From Basidiobolus meristosporus CBS 931.73 (lineage: Eukaryota > Fungi > Basidiobolomycota): a DNA stretch of 64,000 bases. A model generated the notes under the pieces. The model was given only the letters and a program-made list of their open reading frames with translations, was not told the DNA's origin and ran no database searches. The translations under genes and the position numbers were made by a program. This document shows, one piece after another, positions 10,193 through 23,242 of the stretch (the first letter of the stretch is position 1; every line of letters starts with the position of its first letter). The stretch is from contig MCFE01000371.1 of assembly GCA_002104905.1 (NCBI GenBank), forward strand, positions 21,186 through 85,185. The letters are read 5' to 3'.

Positions 10193-13100
10193 TTATGTAC
10201 GAGGGAGGCTGCTGGAGGCTTCAGGATCATCCTCGGCTGAACGAGGGCTGTTATTACCTGAAGACATCGCCATGAGTTTTTCCGCCTCTGTAATAGCTGA
10301 GCGGTTAGGTTATGTCGCGTTCTGTTAGTGTGGAGATGCATTCAAAACTTACTTGAGATTAGGTGCTTGCCATATGTATACTTCTTGAGAGACTGTAGAT
10401 GAGGCTTGATCTTGTTGATAAGGATCTCTCTCTGGTCGCCATCCACCACATCAAGCATTTTTTGTACAACGTAGTTGGCATACTGATCCTTCATCATGAT
10501 GATCAGCGCAGAGTTGCCGTCGGGCTTTGTCTGGATGACTTCGTCAATGAGGGTCTGTCGGTCCCGCTTGCTCCCATGCGCGATACACTTCTCCACCACG
10601 TTACTTGCGAACTTGTGCTTGCTCATTTGCAGCACTTGGCCACGCACCTTGCTAACGACCAGCGACCGGTCGGCTGGCTTTCCTCTTTCAAGCACGTGCT
10701 GGATGACGTAATTGCCGTATTGGTCTTGCACCAGGTTCTGCGTGTACCGGTGGAGCTCGTCCAGAAGGGGCTTGGTTTGCTCGTCGGTGCAGTGCTCGAA
10801 CATCCGCTGGATCACTCGGCATCCGTACGGGTGAGTGGCGAGGCTGTAGACTTGCCCGTGGAACGCGTTGATGATGAACTGAATGTGCTCGGCCGGCACT
10901 CGCTCGATGGCCTTCTGGATCACATGGTTCCCATTTTGATCTTTCACGCATTTCAACACATTGCCGTCCAGCTCTTTTACTAGGATCGCTTGTTGCTCGG
11001 TCAGGACGTGTTCAAGGGCCTTCTGGACGACGCGGCAGCCATACATCTGGAGAGAGAGCGACAGCACATGGGTTTCCATCTGCTTGGCAAGAATACTCTT
11101 CTGGACTTGGTTGCCATGCTCAAAGAATTTCTGGATCACATAGTTGCCAAACACATCGGTCATCAGCTGCAGAGCGTTCGGGAGGATCTCCTCAAACACA
11201 AGTTGTTTCTCCTCACTGTTGGCAGTCTCAAGCTTCTGCTGGATGAAACGGGAGCCGTGTTGGTCGCCGCTGAACTCCACCATGCTTCCGACAATATCCC
11301 GCAGTTCGTATTTCTTGTTTTTGTTATTGCGGAATTCCTCCAGAAGGGGGCTTCTCATGCCGTGGTTCGAGTCCACAACCCCGAGGGATGGTAGGCTCAA
11401 GTCAGGAGTCATGGCCCGTCTCCCTTGGCCTGCGGTAACGTTGAATGGTGCGGCGTTGCCCATGACGTCCGGGCCATGCTGCTGTCGAAGGAATTGCTCG
11501 CGCAGCAACATCTGCTGTTGATTGATCTGCTGCTGCTGCAAAAGAAGTTGATTGCGCAGCTTTCGTTCGTTCAGCGAGTACGTGGAGTGCGATCTGTGCA
11601 AGGTTTGTGCGCCATACCCAGCCGAGTTGATGTAGCTGTTGCTATTGATCCCGTTTCCACCCGTTCCGTAAAGCTGGTTTCGCTTCATAGCGCCAAGCTC
11701 AGAGGCCAGAATTTGTTCGGCACGGCTAGCTGAGAATCCTTGCTGTTGGAGTTGTTGGAGAGCTTGTCTGTACTCCAAAGGAGAGAAGCCTAAGAGCTCC
11801 GCACGGCTGTAGAGATCGCTCCCCGACCCATGCTCCTCTCTATCCCAAGAATACATGTCCGGATATTCGTTGAGATAGGAGTTGTACGTCTGCGATTGCA
11901 ACTTTGCTTGCTGCAAGAGTCGCGTCTGCTGGACCGCCTCGTAGTCACTGTCATTAAGATTCATCCCGCGCATGTCCATAAGCAGGTTGGCGTTGATGTC
12001 TCCGAGCTCCCCGTTAGGACCCATCTGCTGACCGCGTTGGAAATGTTGAGCGGGAGGGGTGGAGTTGGCTCGTTGAGGCATAGGAACTCGAGCACCACGC
12101 ATGGGAGACACCCCGTTATGAGGTGAGTAACGCTCCTCCTCCAGACCGTCGATGGCTGCATTGACCACGGACCTGAGGCGGACACGATCATAATCATTGT
12201 CAGAGTGCAGCCCAGAATTGAGATCGCTGTCATCGGCACCGCCACGACCACCATCGAATTGTCGCTGCTGGGCAGCAATGCCTGGGGATGGCGTACGCGG
12301 AAAGTCCTACGCCCGTCTTGATAAGTATTGACATGGAAAAGCAATCCGAAAGGGCCACTTACGTCTTGAATCAAATCAACTAGGTTGCGGTGTCTAGAGC
12401 CAGCATCTGCATTGTTTCCGCCGCCATAGATTTGCTTGACCTCACTGTTGCCCCATGGGTCGTTCTTCGATTCGCTCAGCAACATACCTCTACCGTGCTC
12501 GGGCTCCAAGCTCTGCAAAGCATACATCAGTAAATGCCCAAGTTGCAACTAACCGTGGCGTAACAAACCTGGTCAAGAGGATGGGTGTTGGGAAACTCGT
12601 CGCTGCCTGTGGAGAGCAAATTAGGGGGAAATCTGACTGGAGAATGCCGGTCGTTCATACCGAAACCCTTGAATCGATCCATCGACTTGTCTTGATGCGA
12701 AGATAAGCCGTTCGGGTTCTTCCCAAGCGTATCGATCCCTGCACCTGCCCACATTTGCCAGGGCTGGTTATTGGCCCCGTAGCCGGACGATACCTTTACG
12801 TCAGCTCGAGGCTGACCATAATACTGGCCAGGCTGTTCCGCGTCTAAACGGACCGCGTACTCGCCCTCGGCATTCTGCTGCTCCAGAGATTAGGGATGTT
12901 TTGTCAACGGTCGTCAAGTAAAAGAGATACTCACACTAAACCCGCCTAGACGCTCTATAAGATGAGTGGGGGGAGCACTGTTAGAGCGGTTGATGTCGCT
13001 AGGTTGGCCGGTGAATGGGCCATATTCAAGGTCGAACTTGCCACGGAGGAGCGCGGCGAGCTGTTGAGCAATAGATTAATACGCAAGGCGATCGACTGGT

Positions 13101-13215
13101 TGGGCACTCAGATGTGGATTGGCCTTACTTGTCCCTGAGGCTGGGTTTTGGCTGTAGGCTGAAAGAGGCCGCTTTTGCTAGATGCAGGCACCTCGTCTGG
13201 ATTTAAACGAGACAT
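10193..13215 (-). CDS. PUF3: Pumilio/Puf3-family RNA-binding protein (multi-exon)
   Basis: Eight Puf repeats with the canonical code (SR-Q, NY-Q, CR-Q, NH-Q, CR-Q, NY-Q, SN-E, NY-Q). N-terminal motifs RSNSAPP and [13 protein letters not shown] are rebuilt across GT-AG introns (e.g. 12307-12362, 10288-10352). Spliced end reads KHLISKAEKLM...stop at 10193. Confidence 0.93.
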
Positions 13216-14110
13216 TTTCGCAAGGTTGTCTGTCGAATACTTTTCCAGATTGGGGATGTTGAGTTAGCTTGGTTGGAAGAAGGTTTTACTTGCCCAGTAG
13301 TTGTTTACCAGGTATTATTTGGTTTGGTTCTAAGCTGAGTCTACAGTACTGCGGGATCTATAGACAAAGTTGTTTGTACAAAGCTACACCAAAATACGTA
13401 CAAAGGTACAAGAATACACAAGGAAATGGAAGGGATAATAACAGAGATGGAAGAAAAGTGAATACACGAGGCGAGCAAAGTGTGCAAAAACGTTGGCTAG
13501 CCAAGATGCGCTATCGATTGCAGCAAGTTCCAGAAAAATCTGACCCCCCGCACTAAGGGAATTTTCACCATCTGCCCATTAACCTGACGTTCCAGCCGCA
13601 CCCTTAATCAAGATGTTGAGGTGGCACCCTCAATCTGCTTGATTGTGGTTGTATCCTATGGACCACGAGGCTGGATGGGCTAATAACCGCTTGATCCGTT
13701 GGAATCCTATGGAAGAAAAAAATTCACGAGCAGTAAATCATTTCCTTTGTGTTGCCAATGATGCTTTTCGTGTGCTTGCCGTGTACTTTCCGTGTGCTTG
13801 CCGTGTCACCTACAACGTCGATGTTTGTTTCCGCTTCGGCAATGAATGCGTCACTTCCCGTAACATAGTTAACCCAAAAATGCACGTGGCATGGCTAACC
13901 TATGCAGGAACTTAACCACCTTTTCCATCGAGTGTTTCATGGCTCGATCACTAGGTTGCTTTCAAACATTCAGGCCGTTTGAAACTTAATACAAGGATTC
14001 GTTTCAGAGGACTGTGCAGGCCTTATAAGTGTTGTTTCGGGGAAGGCATGGACTGGTCATCATATCCCTTTGGACTCCTTCCTTCCTTGGTTTCTTAGGA
14101 CGAGGTGATC

Positions 14111-15280
14111 ATGATGTATTCAAATCCGGGTCTCTCGGCTTTGGCCGTGTTGGCTTTGTTCAGTGTTCAGATCCAGACCACTTCTGGCCAAGACCCAGGC
14201 CAAGGCCCACCTTTCTTTGGATATGATCAGCCTCCGCCGCCGGAGTATTTTGATCCGTACTATCGGCAAGCCCAACAACCTTGGAACGGTTGGAATCCCT
14301 ATCAGTACGATAGCCGCGGCCCCCCTCCTCCACCACCACCTCCTACAGAAGGTCGTGTGGACTATCAGTGGAGGCCTGAAGTATATGATACGTCTGCCTC
14401 GAGAGTCTCTTTGCCTGTAACGGCCCCTGCACCGACTCCAGCGAATGAGTTGCCAGATAGAGCTCAGCCCCCTCCGCCACCCACCACGAAAAGCTATAGC
14501 GTGCCACCTGCCATAGATCCAGGGCCAACACCCGGCCAGCTCTTCGGTGACCTAGTCCCTGGCCCCATAACAGGCATCAAGGTGGATCTGAACACGAACG
14601 AGCTCAAGAACAGCTTTTCTTCTGGGACGTTCGACTCTATCAAGCAAAGAATAACTCAGCAAAAGAAATTGGGAACCATCCGACCCCCGCCGGAAGTCAA
14701 CACGGAGAACATCGTCAAGGGAATCGATGTGCTCAGCAAAGTCAGCATGCGACTGGCAAAGCAGGTGGAAGATATCGGCACCAAGGCGACAAATATCTCT
14801 GCCACTCTGAGTAGAACCTCTGCATCTCAAAAGAAGCACAGTCTAAAGATGAGCGATATGCTGAAGAGGATGAAGTACCTCGAAAGCCAGCTTAGGGACA
14901 TGCCGTATGGTAGGTACGGTGTTACGACCCCGGCGAAGCCCATTTCTGTTCAACCGCCGATTAGCCCACAGCCGGGTGGTATATGGCCAACTTCAGGTAC
15001 GTCACAGCCATCAGGTCGTGCGCCATGGACGCCTACATATCCACCGCCGAACCAGTTGGGCGGATATGGCGTTGACACGAACATCCTGACACTCGCGCCT
15101 CACTTCGTAACCCCTTGGAGAAAACGGTCGTCTAATTATGCTCCTGAGGATGGATACGCTCCGTGGCCTTACCATCCGGGCGCAAGACAGGGCTATGCTG
15201 ATGAAGGCTGGGCCGGGTATCCCGCGCCAATGACTCAGCCATGGGGCCATGGAGGCAACTACAGAGGTAACCAAGGCTGA
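14111..15280 (+). CDS. Putative secreted Pro/Gly/Tyr-rich protein with central coiled coil (unrecognised)
   Basis: Intronless ~389-aa ORF with N-terminal hydrophobic stretch (LSALAVLALFSV), poly-Pro tracts, a helical middle and an RKR dibasic site. Confidence 0.75.
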   Translation: MMYSNPGLSALAVLALFSVQIQTTSGQDPGQGPPFFGYDQPPPPEYFDPYYRQAQQPWNGWNPYQYDSRGPPPPPPPPTEGRVDYQWRPEVYDTSASRVSLPVTAPAPTPANELPDRAQPPPPPTTKSYSVPPAIDPGPTPGQLFGDLVPGPITGIKVDLNTNELKNSFSSGTFDSIKQRITQQKKLGTIRPPPEVNTENIVKGIDVLSKVSMRLAKQVEDIGTKATNISATLSRTSASQKKHSLKMSDMLKRMKYLESQLRDMPYGRYGVTTPAKPISVQPPISPQPGGIWPTSGTSQPSGRAPWTPTYPPPNQLGGYGVDTNILTLAPHFVTPWRKRSSNYAPEDGYAPWPYHPGARQGYADEGWAGYPAPMTQPWGHGGNYRGNQG

Positions 15281-16126
15281 TGATGCTCTACAATCTCTCC
15301 AAAACCCTAATCCTCACCATCACCAGGAACCCGCTATTCACGAAGAGGCGCGAGACGCTCGTCCCGGTGGAGAGGTGGAAGGGCGTGGAGATCAAAGCGA
15401 ACCGGGCGGCGCAGAAGGTACTGAGGGCTTCGTAGATATTCATTCATCATTGATTGATAAAAGCATATATACATCAAATAAATCAGACTATGCGCACTAC
15501 TAGCCAGTCATCCGGGCTAAGCACTTTGCTATCCACCCATACAATCTACTTCCCTAGGCAGCCGCGATGCAGGCAACCCGTGACAAGGGGCAGGCAATGA
15601 GCGCTGATTTGAGGCCAGCTAATGTCTTTTGTCAAACATAAGACTACTTGCCTAGGGGCATGGATCCAATCAGATCCTCGCTATGGTAATTGCTGGGCTG
15701 TTTAGGGTTATTTTGTATCTCGTCAGACCAAGTTGTACTTGGATATTAGGTTACTGTGCTAGTGGCAGTGGGGCTTGGAAATTAACGAATTATTACTTTT
15801 CCTTTTTGATGGATTAAGTTTCCTATTGTGTTTGATGCATTAATTTTCCTTCCTTAACGCTTTGGAGGTGAACACTGCCTCTTCCCTGCCTTGCCCTGAC
15901 CTTTAGAAAGCTTGCGTATTGTGACTGCATCGTTCTCTGAGCCTCCTTCATCTTCCTGCGACCAGGTCACACCTAGAGGTGACCGAGAAATTTGTTCCGA
16001 ACTTGGCCATCTGGTCTAACTAGCCTTTGACAATCCTCTTTGCTACTGTATCATTTTTCTTGCTTTGGTTTGCGTCACCCCTTCCTTCCACCGTAGCTTG
16101 CTTCACAACAGCCCATATTTATAAAC

Positions 16127-18770
16127 ATGTCCGCTGCAGCCTTATCTAAATCTGCTGATGGGTCCACCTTCTATAGTGATTGTCGCAAGGTCTTGCGTCG
16201 TCTACAGCAAATACCTTCACTTTCAAGCTTCATAGATTCACAAAAGGTTGTGTGCTCAGCCACTGATTCATATTGCCCTTTTCCTTCTGGGACGAACCCA
16301 ATCACAACCTTGTGGAACACCTTCCGTCTGGGTTCCAGTTTGTGCGCTCTGTTCAATGCCACTGAACCAGAAACTTTACTAGAGGTGGATGAGAGCATCA
16401 CCATAGACAATCTCAAGGCCTGTAAGCATAGCGTGTATCACTTTCTGTTGGGTTGTAAAAACCAACTAGGGTTGAAAGACGATGCGCTCTTTACCATCAC
16501 CGAATTATACCAAGACGACACCAACAAGTTTCTAAAGGTAAGACACTAGACGTTTCGCTAGTCAAAGAAAGGACGCTAAAAACGAGGTCTAGGTGCTGCA
16601 TACGGTCGAAATACTACTTCAACTGATGGTCCACAAAAGATTGATTGCGGAGGTCGATCCGTCTTCCGAGGATGACCTTGCACCGGCAGGGGTTGGGGGG
16701 AGCCTGGCACCAGACCCACTTTCAAGCACCGCACAAGAACGACTACGTAAGCAGACGGTGAAAGAATTGCTAATAACGGAAAGGAAATACGTCCAAGACT
16801 TGGAGACGCTTCAGGTGAGTCTGCACGGTAATTCTTGCAGCAATATGACTGCCCAGCTCACACTGGCACCCATAGGAATATATGCAGGAGCTTCAGTTGC
16901 ACAAGGTGGTCTCCAACGATGTGCTTCGAAATCTATTTGCCAACCTGGATGGACTGGTGGATTTTCAACGACGCTTCCTTATCGGCGTAGAGGCGAACGC
17001 GGAATTACCGCCCACAGAGCAGCGATTTGGCGCACTCTTCATTCAAATGGTAATCCACAGGGATGCTCGTTCGCAGTAAGCGCCCGCCTAATTGTGCCAC
17101 TCATCTAGGAAACTAGCTTCACTGTGTACGAGCCGTTCTGCGCCAATTACCTGCATGCATCGGAGATAGTGCTTGCCGAAGCGCCCAATCTCATGGTTAG
17201 TCCTTGTCCACCATCCGTCACGAGAGCCTTGATTAACACAATCCTCGCAGAAACTAGCGCATGTGGTCGAGCCCACCTACGGGCTCCCGTCGTTGCTCAT
17301 CAAGCCCATTCAGAGAGTGTGCAAGTATCCGCTGTTGCTCATGGTATGTGGATAGACAGCAGTCAGCAGAAGCCGTAGTAACCCCTCTCCGTCTTCACAA
17401 CAGCAATTGGGGAAATTGATGTCGCCGGACGAGCCATTCCACCAGGAACTTCTGGATGGTTTGGAGGCGATCAAACGAGTCACTGATCGAGTGAACGAAA
17501 CCCAGCGAAAAGAAGAGAACCTGATCGAGTTGAAGAAGCTGGAGAAGATGATCGAAAACTGGAACGGCCCCTCGTTGTCATACTTTGGTGAGCTGCACCT
17601 GTTCGACAAGTTGCTGGTCAGCGTGAACGATGTCGAGCGTGAGTGCTGGCTCTATTTGTTCGACAAGGCGCTTCTAGTGTGCAAAGAAACCGCTGCTAGC
17701 CGGAAGGCTAACAAAAGCACCAACGGCAAGAAGCCGCTTGCCCTCCACAACAAGGCCACTCTACTCATCCGAGAGATCCGGACTGTCGTGCCTACCGCGC
17801 GAAATGGTTAGTTGCTTCCAGGCGGTCGCCGGTCCAGAAACTTACCTACTTTTCCCTAGGCACCTACTCCATCAAGGTTGACTGGCTGAATTCGGAGACG
17901 ATCATTAGCCCAGCAAATGAAGAGCATTTCAAGCTGTGGACCTCCACCATCGAGAAGGTCCGTGACATCTACAAGATATCCCGGCTGAACAAACAGTCTG
18001 CCATGAAGCTATCCCGCACACAAACCAACACCTCGGATATTCTGACTCAAGAGGCCAATTGGAATTCGGATGACGACGCGGTCTCCTTCATCGACCAGCA
18101 AGTGGACAACGATGACGACGATGTTTCGTCCGGCATCAGAAGCTTCTCTGCTAGAAGCTCCTTCGGGTCACTGGGTAGAAGCAGAAGTCGAAGTCAATCC
18201 ACTCCATCACACGCCCCCTTAGAGGGCGGTGAGTACCCTCCATTGTCATTCCCACCACTGCCCAAGCCGGAAGCGTCGTTTGCAACGCAGCATCCCGGCC
18301 ATGTGAGCGCGCCAGCACCCAAGCCCTTCCCCCAGCAGGCCTTCGAGCAATCCCACGGACCGGTGGGGGAGCAATTTCGCCAGCTCCATTTGGACGGAGA
18401 ATACCACGGCATGGACAGGACCTATCGTCTCATTGACCAAGCGTACAGGCAAAAGAGAAGCGCCTCCAGCCCGAACATCCATGGCCACTCGACGAACATC
18501 CGCGTTCGAATCAACTACCACGAGGACTCGTTCATGCTTGTGGTGCCGTCGGGGGTCACGTTCCACGATCTCGTGAAGAAGGTCGAGAAGAAGATCCACC
18601 TGTGCTCGGGGGCGAAGCTGGAGAGCAAGTTCAGGATCAAGTACAAGGACGAAGAGGACGACCTGATTCTGATCAACAACGACGAGGATGTACAGATGGC
18701 ATTCGAAAGCCGCCACAGCCAGGAGGCCAGACCCGAGTTGGCCATGGTCGTCAACATTTACGTGAGTTGA
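16127..18770 (+). CDS. CDC24: Cdc24/Scd1-like Rho GEF (CH, DH, PH, PB1), multi-exon
   Basis: PITTLWNTFRLGSSLCALFN (CDC24 CH domain), ELLITERKYVQDLE and LLIKPIQRVCKYPLLL (DH), C-terminal PB1 IKYKDEEDDLILINNDEDV; GT-AG introns join in frame. Confidence 0.93.
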
Positions 18771-18842
18771 CTGGAATCAACTTACCAGCGCTCGATCACC
18801 CTCATCCATCGCGTGGATATCATACACTAATTTAATAAAGAA

Positions 18843-18935
18843 GCCCATTAATTCAGCATCCGATTCTATGCTTTCTCAACAAGGCCCATTATTCAGCATC
18901 CGATTCTATGCTTTCTCAACAAGGCCCATTAATTC
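18843..18935 (+). repeat. ~41-bp tandem duplication (about 2.3 copies) in the CDC24 3' region
   Basis: GCCCATTA(A)TTCAGCATCCGATTCTATGCTTTCTCAACAAG repeated. Confidence 0.9.
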
Positions 18936-19548
18936 TCGGGAATCATCGTCCAATTAATGCAGCAGTGACGGAAATGGACACTTCAGGGCAACCAGAAGAT
19001 TGGATGGATGGCGGGTGGCAAAAAGCAGTAAATCCGGCCATCTGTGCTGAGAACATACGTCGGAAATATAGGCTGGTCGGACATTTGTGCAAACAATAGA
19101 GCGACTGGCATTGGCAACTAACACAGCGTAAACTGCACTGCATCCATAATCGCAGGAAAAATCAACACCACAGTCCCACCCGCTTAGTCAGGGAGCTGGT
19201 GGCCAACAATCCTCCGTACTTTACGTGGTGGCAAACATTGGATGCACGCCCTAGCAAAGAGTGGCAGTGTGGAGGGCAGGGATCACAGGATCACGGATCC
19301 TCATTGACGTACCCCGAATATATATAATTCCAGTCCTCACCAGCCAAACATTGATTTCTCAACCCATTTATTTCCGTCTTGACCTCAAGCAACGTATCCC
19401 CGCTCGAGTATGCCAATCTAATTATTGATACGCCACCCAACCCAAACCCAAACCCGCACCTCGACCTCGATCAACTCTTCCCACAGTTGCTGGTTTTTGG
19501 AAGCCCGCTTGACTCGCACTCAACCAATCTTGCCACTGCTCCTGGTTG

Positions 19549-22500
19549 ATGTCGCCATCGAACAAAAAATATAGTAAACCCTCCTTCTATCGGCATATTC
19601 GGGGTAACGGGGAAGCCACCGAGAGTGGCCCTAAATATGCCAGCTCCACCACCACCTATTCTGATCCCTTCTCTGATTCACAACAAGGTACCGACTACTC
19701 CTCCCAAACTGACACCAGTTACAACCCATGGGATACGTCCAAGAAGGACTTATTCTTCGAGCCCAGCGCCAATGAAAAGTGCTATTTCTCACAACCAGAG
19801 GCTGGTTCTCTTCGGAAAAACTCGAAAAATTCCATCGAGCTATCGCGCGAGCTATCGCACGGCAAGAAGTTCCCCAAGGCCTCCAAGGCCCGTAGATACT
19901 GGCTCCTCGTCTCGAAGATCTTCACCATCTTTATCCCGGACTTTCTGCTAAAGTCGTGCGGAAAGAAGGACCCAGGTACAGTTTGACATGGCTCCGCTCG
20001 CATCCCATTGGCATCCCTTACTAACCCCCGCCCAACCCTGACTCTAGACTCGCGGCAGTCATTGCGAGAGAAAATCACCCTGTTTCTCATCCTCTCGCTC
20101 CTCTCGTTACTGTTCATCGTGTGGGTGGAGCTCATCCCGCTGACGTTCTGCACCCCCTACTACCTCTTCACCCCGGGCGACCTTGCTGGCACCAGCTACG
20201 TGGCAATCAACGGCAAGGTTGTGGACTTCTCCCATTCGACCACCGTCGTGGCGGAGGAGGTGGGGCGGTACTCGGGGAAGGATGTTTCTCTCATGTTTCC
20301 CTCGTTCACCCTGCTGGCCCGGACCAAAGGAGCTACCGAGTACCCAGATCAAGATATCCAACGGTGCATCCAGAATCTCACCCGGGCAGACAATTGGCTG
20401 GAGAAGCGGATCTTCAACGATCCCGGATACCTGGTGACGAACCAGAAGCTGATCGAGTGTCCGAGCCCCAACGATCGAAACAAATCATCTGCCCACTGCT
20501 TCTACAACGCATCGGTTCGCCACGAGGTGGCCAAGGCGACTGTCGGAGGTAAGTTCAGATGTGTGCCAATCCCCAGTCCATTGCTGACCCCAGGCAGACC
20601 TTGTTTTCGATTACTCCATCCTAGGAAGAAATGAGCCTAATCTGCCGCAATTGGCGTACATGATTGCGAATGGCCATCTGTATGATATGTCTGACTTCAT
20701 CAAATATTCCTCGGCCCCCGCCTCGCCAATCAGGCCGTGGAGCCCCAAGGGCCTCGATCCAGAATCCCTGCTTTTCCCCCGCGAGGTCACCGAGCTTATC
20801 TTCGAGTATGTTGGGGAGGATGCCACGGGGCCCTTCAGTCGACTGGAGCACGGAGACACGTACCTGCGATGCATGGACAAGCTGTTCTACAAGGGCGCGG
20901 TCAAGGAGACGGTTCTGCCGCAGTGCCGGTCATTCAACCCCATCCTCTGGATAACGTTCGGGCTTCCGTTCATGTTCCTGACCATCTGTACGGTGGCCTC
21001 CCTGCTTGTGTTCCCCGACAGAAGCAAGATCCAGCCGTCGTCGAACTGCATCGTGATGGTGCCCTGCTACTGCGAAGATCAGCAGACGCTCAAATCCAAT
21101 TTCGACAGCGTGGCCCGATCCGACTGCCACGACAGCCACAAGCTGCTGATGGTCATCTGCGATGGGATATTTACTGCGCCCGGCAACGTCATGAGCACGC
21201 ACCAGATTGTACTGGACATCCTGGGGTTCAGCGGACCCGAGCCCGAGCTGAAGGCGTACATTTCCTTGGGCGAGGGGAACAAGAACATCAATCTGGCCAA
21301 AGTTTATTCCGGATTTTATGAATGTGGAACGCACCGGATCGGCTACGTGGTGGTTGTCAAGTACGGGAACCCGATGGAGATTCGCAATTCAGGGAACCGA
21401 GGGAAACGGGACTCCATCCTTGTGATGTGGAACTTCCTGGAGGGCCTGCTGGATCCCGAGAACAAGCTGACCCCCTTGGAGTACGAGCTATTCCATCACA
21501 TCAACAACGTCATTGGGATCGACCCCCGCTCCTTCCAATACGCCCTGGTGCTGGATGCCGACACGAGCATCGCCGGAGACGCGCTTTCCCGCCTGATCGC
21601 GAGGATGGAGAGGGACCAGAGACTGATGGCCGTCTCGGGCTACGCAAAGCCGCTAAACCCCACCGACTCCTTCGTCACCATGCTGCAGGCGTATCCCTTC
21701 TTCATGAGCCACTACATCAAGCCGGTGTTCGAGTCCATGATCGGTGGGGTGACCTTCCTGCACGGCCCCTGCACGATGTACAGAATCAAGTACTCTGACA
21801 GCAAGCCGTGTGTGGTGGACACCACCACCATCATTGGGTTCAGCACACCGCGGCCGAACACGATGCACATGCGCAACACCCTTCTTTTGGGAGAGGACTC
21901 CTTCTTCTCGGTCATTCTGTTGAAAACGTTCCCCCACCTGCGATTCGGATTCGAGAGCTCGGCGATCTGCTACACCCGGCTCACCCCGAGGTTCGCCGTC
22001 TTTCTCGGCCAGCAAGGAAGAATCACGAGCGCCGCCTTCCATAGCTACTTCGAGCTTGCCAGGGTTTACGGGAAAACCTCGCTGGGCTTGATCTACCAGC
22101 TTGTCACCATGATCAAGCTTCTCAGCTCCACGTTCATGCCGGTGTTCGTGCTTTATTTGTATTACGTGATCATTCGCAGCATCGCGACCGACGAGACCGC
22201 GTATCTCATCGTGGGCACCTCGTTGATATGCATGTTTGGCTTCAACGCCATGATCCTCGCGGTCCGCGGGCAGTTTGCTGGCGTCTTCTGGCTGGTCTTC
22301 TCCGTCCTGTTCTCCCTTCCCTTCTACTGCCTGCTGATCCCGCTGTATTCGCTGTGGCACAGCGACAACTGCTTGTGGGTGGACACGGTTCAGACAAACT
22401 CAAAGTCCATCCGCCGTAAGCATGGTATCCTGGACGACACCAATAGCCAGTACAAGGTCAGCATGCAGATATCCCTGCTGACCATCGCTGAATATGATGA

Positions 22501-23242
22501 GCTGGAGAACGACGACGAATCCTTGTACGAGGACATCCGCTACGAGAAGCCGCAGCGGTTGATCTCGCTGGGCGACACGAGCCCCGCCCCTTCCGTGGAG
22601 CTGCAGTCCGATCGGCCTGAGGACATGGTTCATCTAGCGAAGCATGTGGATCAAAGGGCCGAAGAGATTCTCATCAGCATACCCCAGGTGGTGCAACCCA
22701 TACAAATCAAAACGAAGAAAGACCATCATCTAAGCAGCGGCTCCAACAAGAACCTGGATAGCGATGTGCCCCTCTCCCTGAGCTGCTCCCCAAAGTCCCC
22801 AGGTCGCCTCTCCCAGGCCACAGCCAACTCGACGCTGCAGTCCGAATACAGCACTGACTACACAAGATCCTCCCGAACCTTCTCCTACTACTCGCATCAA
22901 CTGGATGCCGCTACGAACGACATGGAGTCCCAACCGAGGTCACGCCCCGAAAGCGATCGTAGCTCCAGCAGAGACCACTCCCATCTTCTCAACGGGACCA
23001 CCGCTGGCTCGAAGGGTGCACTGGTGCAACGGCTGATGCGGGAGGAGATCTATTATTTCCTGAAGGAAGCCAACCTCAACACGGTGACGAGGAGAGACGT
23101 GAAAGAGCGGCTTTTTGAGCATTTCGGGGACGCAGTGACCATTTACAACGACTTCATACACGATTGCATCGAGGAGTTCACCTTGGAGAGACTGGCGTTG
23201 CTGCCGTCAGCCACCTCGCCGCAATCGCCCTCCACTCCTTGA
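19549..23242 (+). CDS. Division-2 (class V/VII-like) chitin-synthase-like protein with cytochrome-b5-like and DEK_C domains; catalytic motifs degenerate
   Basis: Three exons join in frame (KDPDSRQSLREKI; GDLVFDYS). Motifs GNRGKRDS, LDADT and LGEDS are present, QQGRI stands where QRRRW is expected, and the C-terminus is DEK_C-like EEIYYFLKEANLNTVTRRDVKERL. No myosin motor domain. Confidence 0.88.
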
